This document shows positions 1 through 8,298 of a stretch of 20,000 bases of DNA, piece after piece. The DNA lies in the IMG/VR virus record IMGVR_UViG_3300034062_000589; one strand, given 5' to 3'. Both the position numbers and the translations under genes were made by a program. This stretch comes from an uncultured virus (IMG/VR IMGVR_UViG_3300034062_000589) (lineage: Duplodnaviria > Heunggongvirae > Uroviricota > Caudoviricetes). The stretch's first letter is position 1; every line of letters begins with the position of its first letter. Under the pieces are notes generated by a model. It worked only from the letters and a program-made list of their open reading frames with translations, made no database searches and was not told where the DNA came from.

Positions 1-1114
1 GGCCTACTAGCCAACACACGGCGGAGTAGCGTGTACCCTTGGTTATATCTTCAACCCCATGCAGCAAGAACGATGGGAACACTATTACCGTGCCCTTAGC
101 TTGCGGTGGGTAATACTTCTCGTGACCGTCCTGAATAAAGAACTTACCGCCTTCGAAGTCGTCGTTCAAAAAGGTCAGCACGGTAAGTTTTCTGCACTCT
201 TCGTTAGGATTCAAGAACGTATCCACATGCGCCGTATAGCGCCCACCCGCCGGGTACTTCAAGAACTCGCCTTGGTTGGCATGAGTGACGTTGAACTTCC
301 ACGCACGGTTATTTGCAGCAAAGCCAGCAGCAGCCAAGCGACCACCAATGTCTTTATAGACCGGCAGCATCACGCGCTCGACATTGCGTATAGCAAGGTT
401 TATATTTTCTGTAGCGCCCCCACCAATGAATGGCGGCAGCGTCTCGATCATTTCCTGCGTGTAGGTCTTAACGATAATGTCGCAAGCTTCGGGCGTGAAG
501 ATGTCGGTGTAAATCCAGTGACGGAAGTTCTCAGGCTCAGGCTTAGGCAGGTTCAACTTACCGCGCTTGTCGTAGATGTGGTCTTTGTGCGGGCCGTCAG
601 CATCGACATAGTGCAGAAACACCTGTGCTTGCCACTTCCCTTCGGTATAGACCTCGCGCCAATGATGCTTATCCATACCCCGGTAGAGAACCGCATCGCC
701 CACACCCATCTTGATCTCAGAGGCGTTATCCTTCTCAATGCTGTCGCCCATGTAAATAGGCCAGACATCGCCTTCAAAACCAAGTGTGACTGTTGCACTG
801 ATCTCGCAAGACTCGCGGTCAGTGTGGTTCTTCAGTTCATCGCCCGGTGCATATAGCCGAGCATAGGAATAAGTTGGGAGAAGCCGCTTGCCTGATGCTA
901 ATTCAAAGTTTGGCAGTAACTGCACCAGTAGAGAATCAAACACCTGAGCGCCATGGATGGCTTCGGACTTCGGGCACTGTACGTCTTGTGTCGTTTGCTT
1001 GGCTGCTACGAGCTTCTTCAACTCCGCCGTTAATTGGGCGCAGTTTTCCTTGTCCAGAAAGTCTGGCAAGTGGACGTACTTTTGTACCGCGAATTGCGAT
1101 AGCACATCACACAT
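1..1114 (-). CDS. Tandem (two-domain) 2OG-Fe(II) oxygenase, PKHD/prolyl-hydroxylase-like; 3' end lies outside the window
   Basis: Absent from the ORF track because it has no stop in the window. Manual translation from the ATG at 1114 (SD AGGAG upstream) gives MCDVLSQFAVQKYVHLPDFLDKENC... and stays open to position 1. Domain 1: PTYSYARLY...HTDRESCEIS (HxD at 818-826)...GDAVLYRG...HHWRE. Domain 2: EFLKY..GGRY.AHVD (HxD at 221-229)...RKLTVLTFLNDDFEGGKF...GTVIVFPSFLLHGVEDITKGTRYSAVCWLVG. Confidence 0.9.
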   Translation of the reverse strand, partial: MCDVLSQFAVQKYVHLPDFLDKENCAQLTAELKKLVAAKQTTQDVQCPKSEAIHGAQVFDSLLVQLLPNFELASGKRLLPTYSYARLYAPGDELKNHTDRESCEISATVTLGFEGDVWPIYMGDSIEKDNASEIKMGVGDAVLYRGMDKHHWREVYTEGKWQAQVFLHYVDADGPHKDHIYDKRGKLNLPKPEPENFRHWIYTDIFTPEACDIIVKTYTQEMIETLPPFIGGGATENINLAIRNVERVMLPVYKDIGGRLAAAGFAANNRAWKFNVTHANQGEFLKYPAGGRYTAHVDTFLNPNEECRKLTVLTFLNDDFEGGKFFIQDGHEKYYPPQAKGTVIVFPSFLLHGVEDITKGTRYSAVCWLVG

Positions 1115-1131
1115 AGGGCTTCTCCTAGTTA

Positions 1132-1350
1132 TTATTCAGCTTCGGGTTCTGGCTCAGGTGGTGTTGGCATAACTTCGCAAGTGCCATTGTAGTACCACCA
1201 GACATCAGCAACGCAGTCATCCGGGCAATCAACCCAGAACAGCGGAGCCGCTACTTCAAATGCAGTTTGCTCGACCTGAGCGATACGCTCACCAACATTG
1301 CCCTGATAATCAGTGCGCTTTTCGTTGGGAGAAATAAGTGCTTTTTTCAT
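1132..1350 (-). CDS. Small acidic tail-fibre-associated protein (assembly chaperone-like)
   Basis: 72 aa with SD AGGAGG. It follows two fibre genes, has a WVDCPDD..AD.WWY motif and ends in a Pro/Glu-rich tail. Function is inferred from synteny. Confidence 0.55.
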   Translation of the reverse strand: MKKALISPNEKRTDYQGNVGERIAQVEQTAFEVAAPLFWVDCPDDCVADVWWYYNGTCEVMPTPPEPEPEAE

Positions 1351-1363
1351 TTACGCCTCCTGA

Positions 1364-2206
1364 TTAATAAAATTCTTCAACTATGACGATGCCGGGTGTG
1401 CCATTACCCCCCGTAGCCACTGGGGCTGGCGCAGGAGGGGTCCCTGCTGTAGAAGGGGCGCCTGCCCCCGCTGCCCCTAACCCTGCGCCGGGACTAGAAG
1501 TATAAGGAACTCCTGCAACTGCGTTGGTCGCATCAAACCCATACCCTTGAGCAAAGGCTACATTTAACGCATTGATAATCGGTCCGTTACCGGGCGTTAC
1601 AGGTGTAGGAGGGTTAACATAGACTAGCTGCTGACTTGCAGGTACTGGGGATGTAAAAGCGCCTCTTGCGCCCCTTGCAGAAGTGCCCCCCTGCCCTCCA
1701 GTTACTGATACAAAAGAACTGAATGAACTTGTTCCACCCGAAGCGCCGTTAGTTCTTGTACCGAATGATGCAGGTCCTACCCCTCCTGCCCCTCCTGCTC
1801 CGGCTTCAATGGTAAATGGTGAGGTAGGTATAGACGCTGCGGGGATGTACGCAAATCCCACCTCACTGGGGCCCCCAGCACCGTTTATTGTGGCCGTACC
1901 GGGCCCACCCGGCGTTGATTGAGTCCCTCTACCGCCCGCTCCGCCGCCACCGCCGCCAATAATTGTAACTTTTACGGCTTTTAAACCCGCAGTTTTTTTA
2001 GCCGCCGCGTCCCAAGGTGCGGGGGATGTGTACTCGTTAAGGATATAGTTACCCCCAACAGGAACCCCATTAACCGTAGCCGTACCAGTAACCGTCAAAT
2101 TCCCCGGTATCGTAACCGGCCCAGTGGATGCGATCTCAATATAGTCAGACCCGCCAACTTGTATCGCTGCGGAGCCGTCATTGTTTGCTTTGATTCCTGC
2201 GCTCAT
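1364..2206 (-). CDS. Glycine-rich tail fibre / receptor-binding protein (paralog 2)
   Basis: 280 aa. Contains GNLTVTG, LKAVKVTIIGGGGGG and GGTSSFSSFVSVTGGQGG, and ends PGIVIVEEFY, typical of a phage glycine-rich fibre domain. TAATG overlap with the upstream paralog. Confidence 0.75.
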   Translation of the reverse strand: MSAGIKANNDGSAAIQVGGSDYIEIASTGPVTIPGNLTVTGTATVNGVPVGGNYILNEYTSPAPWDAAAKKTAGLKAVKVTIIGGGGGGAGGRGTQSTPGGPGTATINGAGGPSEVGFAYIPAASIPTSPFTIEAGAGGAGGVGPASFGTRTNGASGGTSSFSSFVSVTGGQGGTSARGARGAFTSPVPASQQLVYVNPPTPVTPGNGPIINALNVAFAQGYGFDATNAVAGVPYTSSPGAGLGAAGAGAPSTAGTPPAPAPVATGGNGTPGIVIVEEFY

Positions 2207-2985
2207 TAGTAGAACTCCTCAACGATAACAATACCGGGCGCTCCTGTGCCGCCTGCGCGAGTACCGGGTGATGCTGTGCTACGACCTGCTCCTGATCCAC
2301 CCCCTCCAATGATTGTTGCGGGGTTTCCAGCAGCGTCTGTTGCACCACTACTAGGAATCGATGTAAACACCGCCGAAGAACCGCCAGCTCCACCAGCAAC
2401 AGTGAAACCGGTGGGGCTGGGACTTGTGCCACTATTCCCAACAAAATTAATCTGTCCACCGCTACCTGTACCACCTGCACCGCCTGCGGCACCACCGGGA
2501 GCAGCGTTTGAACCATTGCTACCTCCAGTAGCGGAACAAAACGGGCCAAACGAGTTAGTACCGGCACCCGCCGTAATAGCTACCGTAACAGGTCCGGGAG
2601 TAGGTGAAGTAATAGAAGGCGCTGGTATGTAATCTATAGTCGCACCGCCGCCACCTCCACCACCGGCCCCTCCGGTAACTGGTGTCGTGGCCGAACCACC
2701 ATTCCCACCGCCACCCACTACGGTGACCTTAATAGCTTTTAGGTTAGCGGGTTTAGTCCATGTTGCGGGAGCTACGTATTGCTCAAGGTTATAAACGACG
2801 CCGCCACCGGCAGTTAGATTACCCGTAACTGTAAGGTTTCCGGCCAGTGTCGCATTCTGCGAAGCATCAATACTGATCGCCGTTGTGCCTGCGCCTGTGC
2901 CGGTTTTTATATCAAGTGCGCCGGTTGCGTCTGACGAGACTTGTACCCCGTCTGTGGCGTTACCTGCTTTAATAATAGAAGCCAT
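2206..2985 (-). CDS. Glycine-rich tail fibre / receptor-binding protein (paralog 1)
   Basis: 259 aa. Contains GNLTVTGNLT, TWTKPANLKAIKVTVVGGGGNGG and GTNSFGPFCSATGG, and ends PGIVIVEEFY. SD GAGG upstream. Confidence 0.75.
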   Translation of the reverse strand: MASIIKAGNATDGVQVSSDATGALDIKTGTGAGTTAISIDASQNATLAGNLTVTGNLTAGGGVVYNLEQYVAPATWTKPANLKAIKVTVVGGGGNGGSATTPVTGGAGGGGGGGATIDYIPAPSITSPTPGPVTVAITAGAGTNSFGPFCSATGGSNGSNAAPGGAAGGAGGTGSGGQINFVGNSGTSPSPTGFTVAGGAGGSSAVFTSIPSSGATDAAGNPATIIGGGGSGAGRSTASPGTRAGGTGAPGIVIVEEFY

Positions 2986-2994
2986 GTGTACCTC

Positions 2995-4203
2995 TTAGAG
3001 AACAACCAGCCTTGAGCCGGAGGAAACTGTTACCGCAACTGCGGAGCTAATTATTGCAGACGGCGTTAACTGTGATGCACTTACCGTATAAGTCCCCGCG
3101 CCACCATTGCCTGTGCCAAACGCCGTAACCGTAGTACCCACAGTTACACCCACACCGGACAGAACTGTACCTATATAGATAATGCCAGAAGTTATGGTGG
3201 TGATTGTTGTCGAAGTCACCGTTTGCGCAATATTGACCTCGTACGTACCTGTGTCACCGGGGGTTCCCGTTAACTGTGAAATTATCTTCGTGCTTGGCTG
3301 CACGTTAGCGCCGTTAATATACTGCCCAATCCCGATGGTGCCTGACCCTAGTACGGTGACCGTCATAACATTGCCGGAGATAGAAGCCGTAAACGAAGAC
3401 TCCGGGTCTACCGTTAAAACAGTACCCGCTAAGATACCGCCATTGTTAATAGCACCAACAAAGCTAACCGAGTCAATCGTCATCGGCCCTGTCGTGCTCG
3501 CATACTTATTTGTGGGGATGGTGTAGCTGGCGGTTACCGATTGGTCGTTCTCGTAAAAAACCTGATTGCCCGAGCTACCTGTTGCACCGCCACCAATCGA
3601 ACTCCACGAAGACGTATTAGTGTCGAAGCCTTCGTATTGACCAAAAGTCGTGTTGTAGCGAATACCTACACCCGCACGTTGACCGGTATTTCCAGAAGGT
3701 ACCTTCAGACTGCCAGTGCCGTTAAACTCACCATTACCGCCAAACGCTGCATTGCCAGTTACAGACAAACTGTTGTTAATTCGATTAACGCCGTCCGCGA
3801 TGTTGTTGCCGTCGCTGTAGAGGAACGCCGTAAAACCTGTCGGGATTGTGACTGTCGTGCCGCCGGTTGGTGTTGTGCCATTAGCCAGCGTAGATACAGA
3901 AATTGTCGCTGTCTGGCCCGTATTATTCCTGATGATGTAAAGCTTGTCCGTTGGCGGTACAAACAGGGTAAACGCACCTACCGGGGTACCACCCAAAATT
4001 AATGCCGCCTGCCTAGCCTGATCGGTTACGCCATCTAATGCAAGAAGGGCTTGATTACCAGCAACCGTTACCGACGTGACGCCCGTAATTGCTTCAGTAA
4101 GCAACGTCGCCAAGTTGTAGTTAGTGGTGTTACCCCACACGCCCGCCTGATCGCCTGTGCCGATCTCTGCAATTCGCAGGTTATTGTTGTACGTGGTTGC
4201 CAT
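2995..4203 (-). CDS. Tail fibre / tail appendage protein
   Basis: 402 aa, Thr/Gly-rich. Motifs: N-terminal [17 protein letters not shown], central [24 protein letters not shown], and a C-terminal adaptor-like segment [12 protein letters not shown]...GP.TI...[12 protein letters not shown]. Confidence 0.7.
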   Translation of the reverse strand: MATTYNNNLRIAEIGTGDQAGVWGNTTNYNLATLLTEAITGVTSVTVAGNQALLALDGVTDQARQAALILGGTPVGAFTLFVPPTDKLYIIRNNTGQTATISVSTLANGTTPTGGTTVTIPTGFTAFLYSDGNNIADGVNRINNSLSVTGNAAFGGNGEFNGTGSLKVPSGNTGQRAGVGIRYNTTFGQYEGFDTNTSSWSSIGGGATGSSGNQVFYENDQSVTASYTIPTNKYASTTGPMTIDSVSFVGAINNGGILAGTVLTVDPESSFTASISGNVMTVTVLGSGTIGIGQYINGANVQPSTKIISQLTGTPGDTGTYEVNIAQTVTSTTITTITSGIIYIGTVLSGVGVTVGTTVTAFGTGNGGAGTYTVSASQLTPSAIISSAVAVTVSSGSRLVVL

Positions 4204-4212
4204 GTTTTTTCC

Positions 4213-4707
4213 TTAAACAACTACCCAGCGAGAGCCATCCGCCACTGTTACCGTTATACCATCGGCTACAGTTATTATCCCAGCACTCATACCGTTGTAC
4301 CCAGAAGCTACTGTTGTATTAACCGTAATATTCTTTGAGTTCAAATAAATACCCGCCGTACCAGCACCCGCATAAACTGCCTGCCCCTCATCCTCATACA
4401 CGGACTTACTGGCTGGGTAGGTGACAAATACGTCTTTCGTACCGGCAGAAAAGGTAGTCTTGGTTGGGGCGCCTGCACTTGACGCCAGCACTATGTCTCT
4501 AGATAAGAGCGTACCTGATGCTGTGTACGTCCCAATCCCAACTTCCCACTGGCTAGTTCCTTGCCCAGCAATAGTGTAGTAGGTAGTATTGCCATTGCCA
4601 ATAGCAGCAAAAGTCTGAAACCCCGTTACTGCCCCGGCGAGCGTAATCGTCCCTGTGCCAACGGTTGTGGTGGTTTCTCTTACCCTGTCTGCGACTACAA
4701 GTGGCAT
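4213..4707 (-). CDS. Tail / baseplate-associated structural protein
   Basis: 164 aa. The ADRVRETTTTVGTGTITL...WEVGIGTY...LSR...FSAGTKDVFVTYPA pattern is common in phage tail modules. Its C-terminal ITVADGITVTVADGSRWVVV resembles the end of the 2995..4203 protein. Confidence 0.65.
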   Translation of the reverse strand: MPLVVADRVRETTTTVGTGTITLAGAVTGFQTFAAIGNGNTTYYTIAGQGTSQWEVGIGTYTASGTLLSRDIVLASSAGAPTKTTFSAGTKDVFVTYPASKSVYEDEGQAVYAGAGTAGIYLNSKNITVNTTVASGYNGMSAGIITVADGITVTVADGSRWVVV

Positions 4708-4710
4708 CGT

Positions 4711-5673
4711 TTACACCGTATTAATTTTGTTCCAATTGGTTCCGGGGTCGGTATCAATGTCATCCCACCCAGTACTACCTGAAGTACTCATATTTTGCCA
4801 AGTACCGGTAGCGTTGCCACTAATAGCGGTCCAACTAACCGGAGTGTTACTGTTAATATTTTGCCAATTAGCATCTTCGTCATTATAGATAGTGAACCAA
4901 CCTCGAACGACGTTGCTATCCAACACTACAAAATTCTCACTTAACCGCACAGCAAACTGTGCCGCTACCGCTCGTACATCATTTACCGTTACATTCTCTG
5001 ACATATCAAAGAACAAATTTAGCACCGCAGTTCGAGTGTCGTCTACTGTTACCGCTTCTGTGACGTTGTCAAAAAACGCCAGCCCGATAATATCTTCATC
5101 ATCAATTATTGAGTCTTCTATAATCGATACCGCAAACTGCGCTGCTATGCTTCTCGCATCATCAGCAGTCAAACTCTCCGCAATACTTACCAAAAACTGA
5201 GCGGTTACGACCCTAACGTCGTCTAAATTGCTGTTCTCTACAATTGACTGCAAAAACGTAGACGCCTGAGTACTTGTATCTGCCAGCGTTGAGTTTTCTG
5301 TCTGGCTTGCGGCAAAGTCCGCCACTACCGCTCTTACGTCATTTAACGTACTGCTTTCCGTACGGCTTACTGTAAACCCTGCGCTTCCTACCAACACATC
5401 ATTCAACGTAGAATTTTCTGCGAGGCTCTGTAAAAACGCTGAAGTCTGCGTACTGCTATCGCCTAACGTACTATTCTCAGACAATGACTGCAAAAACGCC
5501 GATGTCTGAGTACTTGCATCTGCTAACGTCAGAGGCTCTGCCCTACTAACTGCAAACTGTGCTGCTATTACCTGCGTATCTGCGACGCCTACATTTTCAG
5601 TAACCGAGTCTGCAAAAAACGCCCCCGCTGTAGAAGAGAAGGGCGCTCCTGAGAACGTCGTTAAACCAAACAT
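4711..5673 (-). CDS. Repetitive acidic structural protein (fibre/whisker-like)
   Basis: 320 aa with an N-terminal MFG...F...PF leader, twelve 20-aa repeats and six 11-aa Trp repeats. TAATG coupling to the upstream gene. Confidence 0.6.
   Translation of the reverse strand: MFGLTTFSGAPFSSTAGAFFADSVTENVGVADTQVIAAQFAVSRAEPLTLADASTQTSAFLQSLSENSTLGDSSTQTSAFLQSLAENSTLNDVLVGSAGFTVSRTESSTLNDVRAVVADFAASQTENSTLADTSTQASTFLQSIVENSNLDDVRVVTAQFLVSIAESLTADDARSIAAQFAVSIIEDSIIDDEDIIGLAFFDNVTEAVTVDDTRTAVLNLFFDMSENVTVNDVRAVAAQFAVRLSENFVVLDSNVVRGWFTIYNDEDANWQNINSNTPVSWTAISGNATGTWQNMSTSGSTGWDDIDTDPGTNWNKINTV
4714..4899 (-). repeat. Six 11-aa W-x-x-[IM] repeats at the C-terminus
   Basis: WFTI, WQNI, WTAI, WQNM, WDDI, WNKI, with the Trp residues exactly 11 aa apart. 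Confidence 0.85.
4912..5631 (-). repeat. Twelve degenerate 60-bp (20-aa) coding tandem repeats
   Basis: Examples: TQTSAFLQSLSENSTLGDSS, TQTSAFLQSLAENSTLNDVL, TQASTFLQSIVENSNLDDVR. F (L in one unit) at position 6, E at 12 and D at 18 stay in register. Confidence 0.85.
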
Positions 5674-6278
5674 TACGAAGTTGCTGTTGTGCTGTAAGTC
5701 ACGCTAACGGTATCTCCTGATGTTGTTGTCTTGGCCGTAGCGAAGTTGCCCGCAGAGTACAAAGTACCCGCTGTGCTCAATTGTGTACTTACTGCGCCTG
5801 TACCGGTCGCTATGAAACAACCTGCAACCACGCCACCTGCACCGGTAATGGTGTAGATAATCGACGAAGCAGCCGCTGTGGTAACGTTAGACGGGGTAGA
5901 ACCAGTAGATGACGCAGCAGAAAACACGGCTGTACCCCGCACCGCTAAACCACCTACTGTATAGTTAGTGAACTCGTTTGCGGTCGTGAACGACATCGTA
6001 TCTGTAGCCGCAGCGGTATAGCCCGACTTTATCAACCCAAGAAACGGCCCCACGGTTGTGTAAGTGCCAGATGTGCGTAGTAGCGTATCAAACATCAACT
6101 GCTTACCCACCGCCATGACCAGATTGGGGAACTCATCTTCCCACTTAATATTGCCATCTTTATCGCGGCAGACTACGTGATACCAACCCTCAACGCCTAC
6201 GCCTTCAGGGATAACATGGCCTTTTGCTTGCATCGTGACTACGGCGCTATCCCCGCAGCTTCCAAGTTCTTTGTGCAT
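5673..6278 (-). CDS. Virion structural protein (tail module)
   Basis: 201 aa, Thr/Ser/Gly/Ala-rich. Contains G.YHVVCRDKDGNIKWED.FPNLV and GTLYSAGNF...GDTVSVTY. SD GAGG; lies within the tail module. Confidence 0.6.
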   Translation of the reverse strand: MHKELGSCGDSAVVTMQAKGHVIPEGVGVEGWYHVVCRDKDGNIKWEDEFPNLVMAVGKQLMFDTLLRTSGTYTTVGPFLGLIKSGYTAAATDTMSFTTANEFTNYTVGGLAVRGTAVFSAASSTGSTPSNVTTAAASSIIYTITGAGGVVAGCFIATGTGAVSTQLSTAGTLYSAGNFATAKTTTSGDTVSVTYSTTATS

Positions 6279-6287
6279 ATTAACCTC

Positions 6288-6722
6288 TTAAGGAAAACGA
6301 ATTAGTGCCGTCGTAGCGGAATTAACCGGCATAACAACGGTGTTACTTACTGATGAAAATGTTTTGTCTGAACCAAAGTCCAGCACGGCTACCGACTTGT
6401 TACTACGAGTGACGTTGTAGATCAATGCGCCACGCGCCGTAAAGTTAGCACCGGGCCATGACACGTCGTTAAAGTCCACATACACCGTTCCGGCGTTTGG
6501 CCCCGTGGTTTCTGTGCTGATAGTCGCGCCGGTTACTGCCACTCCACCCGCTACATAGCCTGTACCCACCACTTCGTTCGCCGTTGTGTACACCGTGGTA
6601 AGTGAACCAATATCAGAGAGAGCCGTGTACAACGCCATCCGCAACGTGTCGGTTGCCAAGTTTTGCCCCGCTTGGAGCATCTCTTGTTTGAAGCTGTTTG
6701 TGAGTCCTTGTTGGATTGGCAT
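6288..6722 (-). CDS. Virion structural protein (tail / baseplate-like)
   Basis: 144 aa. The SFKQEML...LRMALYT...YTTANEV.GTGY.AGG...DF.DVSW...FTARGALIYN...AVLDFGSDK pattern is a widespread phage structural family. Confidence 0.65.
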   Translation of the reverse strand: MPIQQGLTNSFKQEMLQAGQNLATDTLRMALYTALSDIGSLTTVYTTANEVVGTGYVAGGVAVTGATISTETTGPNAGTVYVDFNDVSWPGANFTARGALIYNVTRSNKSVAVLDFGSDKTFSSVSNTVVMPVNSATTALIRFP

Positions 6723-7441
6723 TACGGATTCACCTTAATCTTAGCCTGCCCATCGCGGTAAGCATCGCCACGCTCAAGACCTGTACCCAGACGATTCAGT
6801 TGACCCAGTGCTTCCTGATACTTCTTATCGTACTGTGCGATCAAATCAACTTCACCCTTTAAGAAGGTGTAAGCCTCAACCAAAGCACCGTACAGCAAGA
6901 CAGGTGAGTAGTTATCGCTAAGCCATGTACGCCCATCTGCCGCCACCGTGATTGACTCTGGGTAATAAAAATAATGTAACTCTACGTCGTAGTCATCATC
7001 CGGCGTTGGGCCAAGAATAAAACTCAGTTCATCAGAAACAACACCAGATGCGACTGTCGGGCCAAACAAGGCGTAGTACTGTGGCAGTCCAGTGCTCGAT
7101 GGGTTGGGGTATGCCGCCCGGATGAAGTTCACATCTTTGTTCAATAGATACTCAAAATTGCCATTGCCATCAATAACTGCAATTGAAAAAACCGACAAGA
7201 AGTCAGCCGGGCAAGACAGATACTTGTTTCCTGATGTGGTCAAACCTGTAACGTTTTTGCGAAGTGCAGGAATCTGCACCGTGTTGTATATGCGCTCTTC
7301 AGCTTGCGCAATAAAAAAGTTGATCTGTTCGGTGCCGCCAGACGTAGTTACGCCTGTACCTGCTACGTCCGTCCACGTGTTTGCGGGGAAGTCGTTTTGC
7401 AGGTAGTTCTTAACAGCAATGAACAGTTCGTTGTACGTCAT
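6722..7441 (-). CDS. Putative head-tail adaptor / neck protein
   Basis: 239 aa. MTYNEL..AVKNYL...FIAQAEERI...P.DFL...GLPQYYA...GPTPD..Y.VELHY...TWLS.N...LLYGALVEAY is an adaptor-like pattern. It lies between head and tail genes. Confidence 0.6.
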   Translation of the reverse strand: MTYNELFIAVKNYLQNDFPANTWTDVAGTGVTTSGGTEQINFFIAQAEERIYNTVQIPALRKNVTGLTTSGNKYLSCPADFLSVFSIAVIDGNGNFEYLLNKDVNFIRAAYPNPSSTGLPQYYALFGPTVASGVVSDELSFILGPTPDDDYDVELHYFYYPESITVAADGRTWLSDNYSPVLLYGALVEAYTFLKGEVDLIAQYDKKYQEALGQLNRLGTGLERGDAYRDGQAKIKVNP

Positions 7442-7695
7442 GCCATCGGACCCCTAGCCATCAAGCCTTTAGTTGCAGCGCCGGTACCACGAATCTTAAT
7501 GCCGGTAGTCTTGGTTTCTTTGTAGTTACCCTTGGACAAGCCCGCAACTGACGGGTTCATCTCGTTTATTACTTTAGCGCCTGCTGTGTAAGGCAGCTCG
7601 CCTTTAACTTTTTTACCGTCCATGGTGTGTGGCTCCGCGTAAACAGCAGCTTGGCCTACTTCTTTGCCACCCTGCTTTTGTGAAAATTTAGCCAT
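7438..7695 (-). CDS. Small basic hypothetical protein
   Basis: 85 aa, Lys/Gly-rich, ending GIKIRGTGAATKGLMARGPMA. ATGA overlap with the next gene. Confidence 0.7.
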   Translation of the reverse strand: MAKFSQKQGGKEVGQAAVYAEPHTMDGKKVKGELPYTAGAKVINEMNPSVAGLSKGNYKETKTTGIKIRGTGAATKGLMARGPMA

Positions 7696-7697
7696 GA

Positions 7698-7880
7698 TTA
7701 GCCCGATTTTTGATTGGCGACCCGAGCCAGATTGCGACCCATGGACTTCATCTGTTCTGAAGTCACGCCGCCCTTAGCCATTTTCTTGGCACCGTGCATA
7801 CGCTGCTCATGGCCCTTGACTGCTTTCTTAGCAATCTTCTCCATGACCGGCTTATCTTTTTTAATGTCGCTGTGTTTCAT
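7698..7880 (-). CDS. Small basic hypothetical protein with KKMAKGG motif
   Basis: 60 aa with SD AGGAG. Lys/Met-rich; ends MGRNLARVANQKSG. Confidence 0.7.
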   Translation of the reverse strand: MKHSDIKKDKPVMEKIAKKAVKGHEQRMHGAKKMAKGGVTSEQMKSMGRNLARVANQKSG

Positions 7881-7888
7881 GTTAACTC

Positions 7889-8296
7889 CTATGCAATGGT
7901 TACACTACCTATTACGCCTCTAGAGGTCAAAGCATTTGGCGTTAACGCCGCATCATTCGCACTTGACCCACCTACCGGTGCCCAACCCCACTGGAACACT
8001 CGGCTACCACCTGACGGGTCACCAAAGTCTGTGTTCAACGTCAACTGTAATCCCGTATAACCCGCCTGTCTGTAACTCACATCTGGGCGTGGTTCCCGTA
8101 CGGCTTGGGGGTCTTGCACTGGGTACATACCTAACTGCAACTGCGGCTGATCGGGTTCCCAGCACGACGGGCATACTTTAATACTGACCTGCTTTGTCTT
8201 GATGATAAGCTTCTTCAGGACCTTCAGCTTGAACCGAAATCCACACCGATCACATTCCGAGATCGAATTCTTACCTGAACTGAACCTGTTGCCCAT
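7889..8296 (-). CDS. Zn-ribbon (CxxC...CxxC) hypothetical protein
   Basis: 135 aa containing ECDRCGFRF...KVCPSCWEPDQPQL...DPQAVREPRPD. Confidence 0.7.
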   Translation of the reverse strand: MGNRFSSGKNSISECDRCGFRFKLKVLKKLIIKTKQVSIKVCPSCWEPDQPQLQLGMYPVQDPQAVREPRPDVSYRQAGYTGLQLTLNTDFGDPSGGSRVFQWGWAPVGGSSANDAALTPNALTSRGVIGSVTIA

Positions 8297-8298
8297 CG

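Noticed and set aside
59..856. 265-aa plus-strand ORF
   Set aside because: Antisense shadow of the minus-strand 2OG-Fe(II) oxygenase, which has clear catalytic motifs and an SD. The plus-strand translation has no recognisable features.
1364..2985. Possible diversity-generating retroelement (TR/VR pair) in the fibre paralogs
   Set aside because: Similarity is at the protein level with many synonymous differences, not adenine-specific. No reverse transcriptase is in the window.
4912..5631. 60-bp periodicity as a possible CRISPR array
   Set aside because: The repeats are degenerate, in frame and conserved as amino acids. There is no identical repeat plus unique spacer structure.
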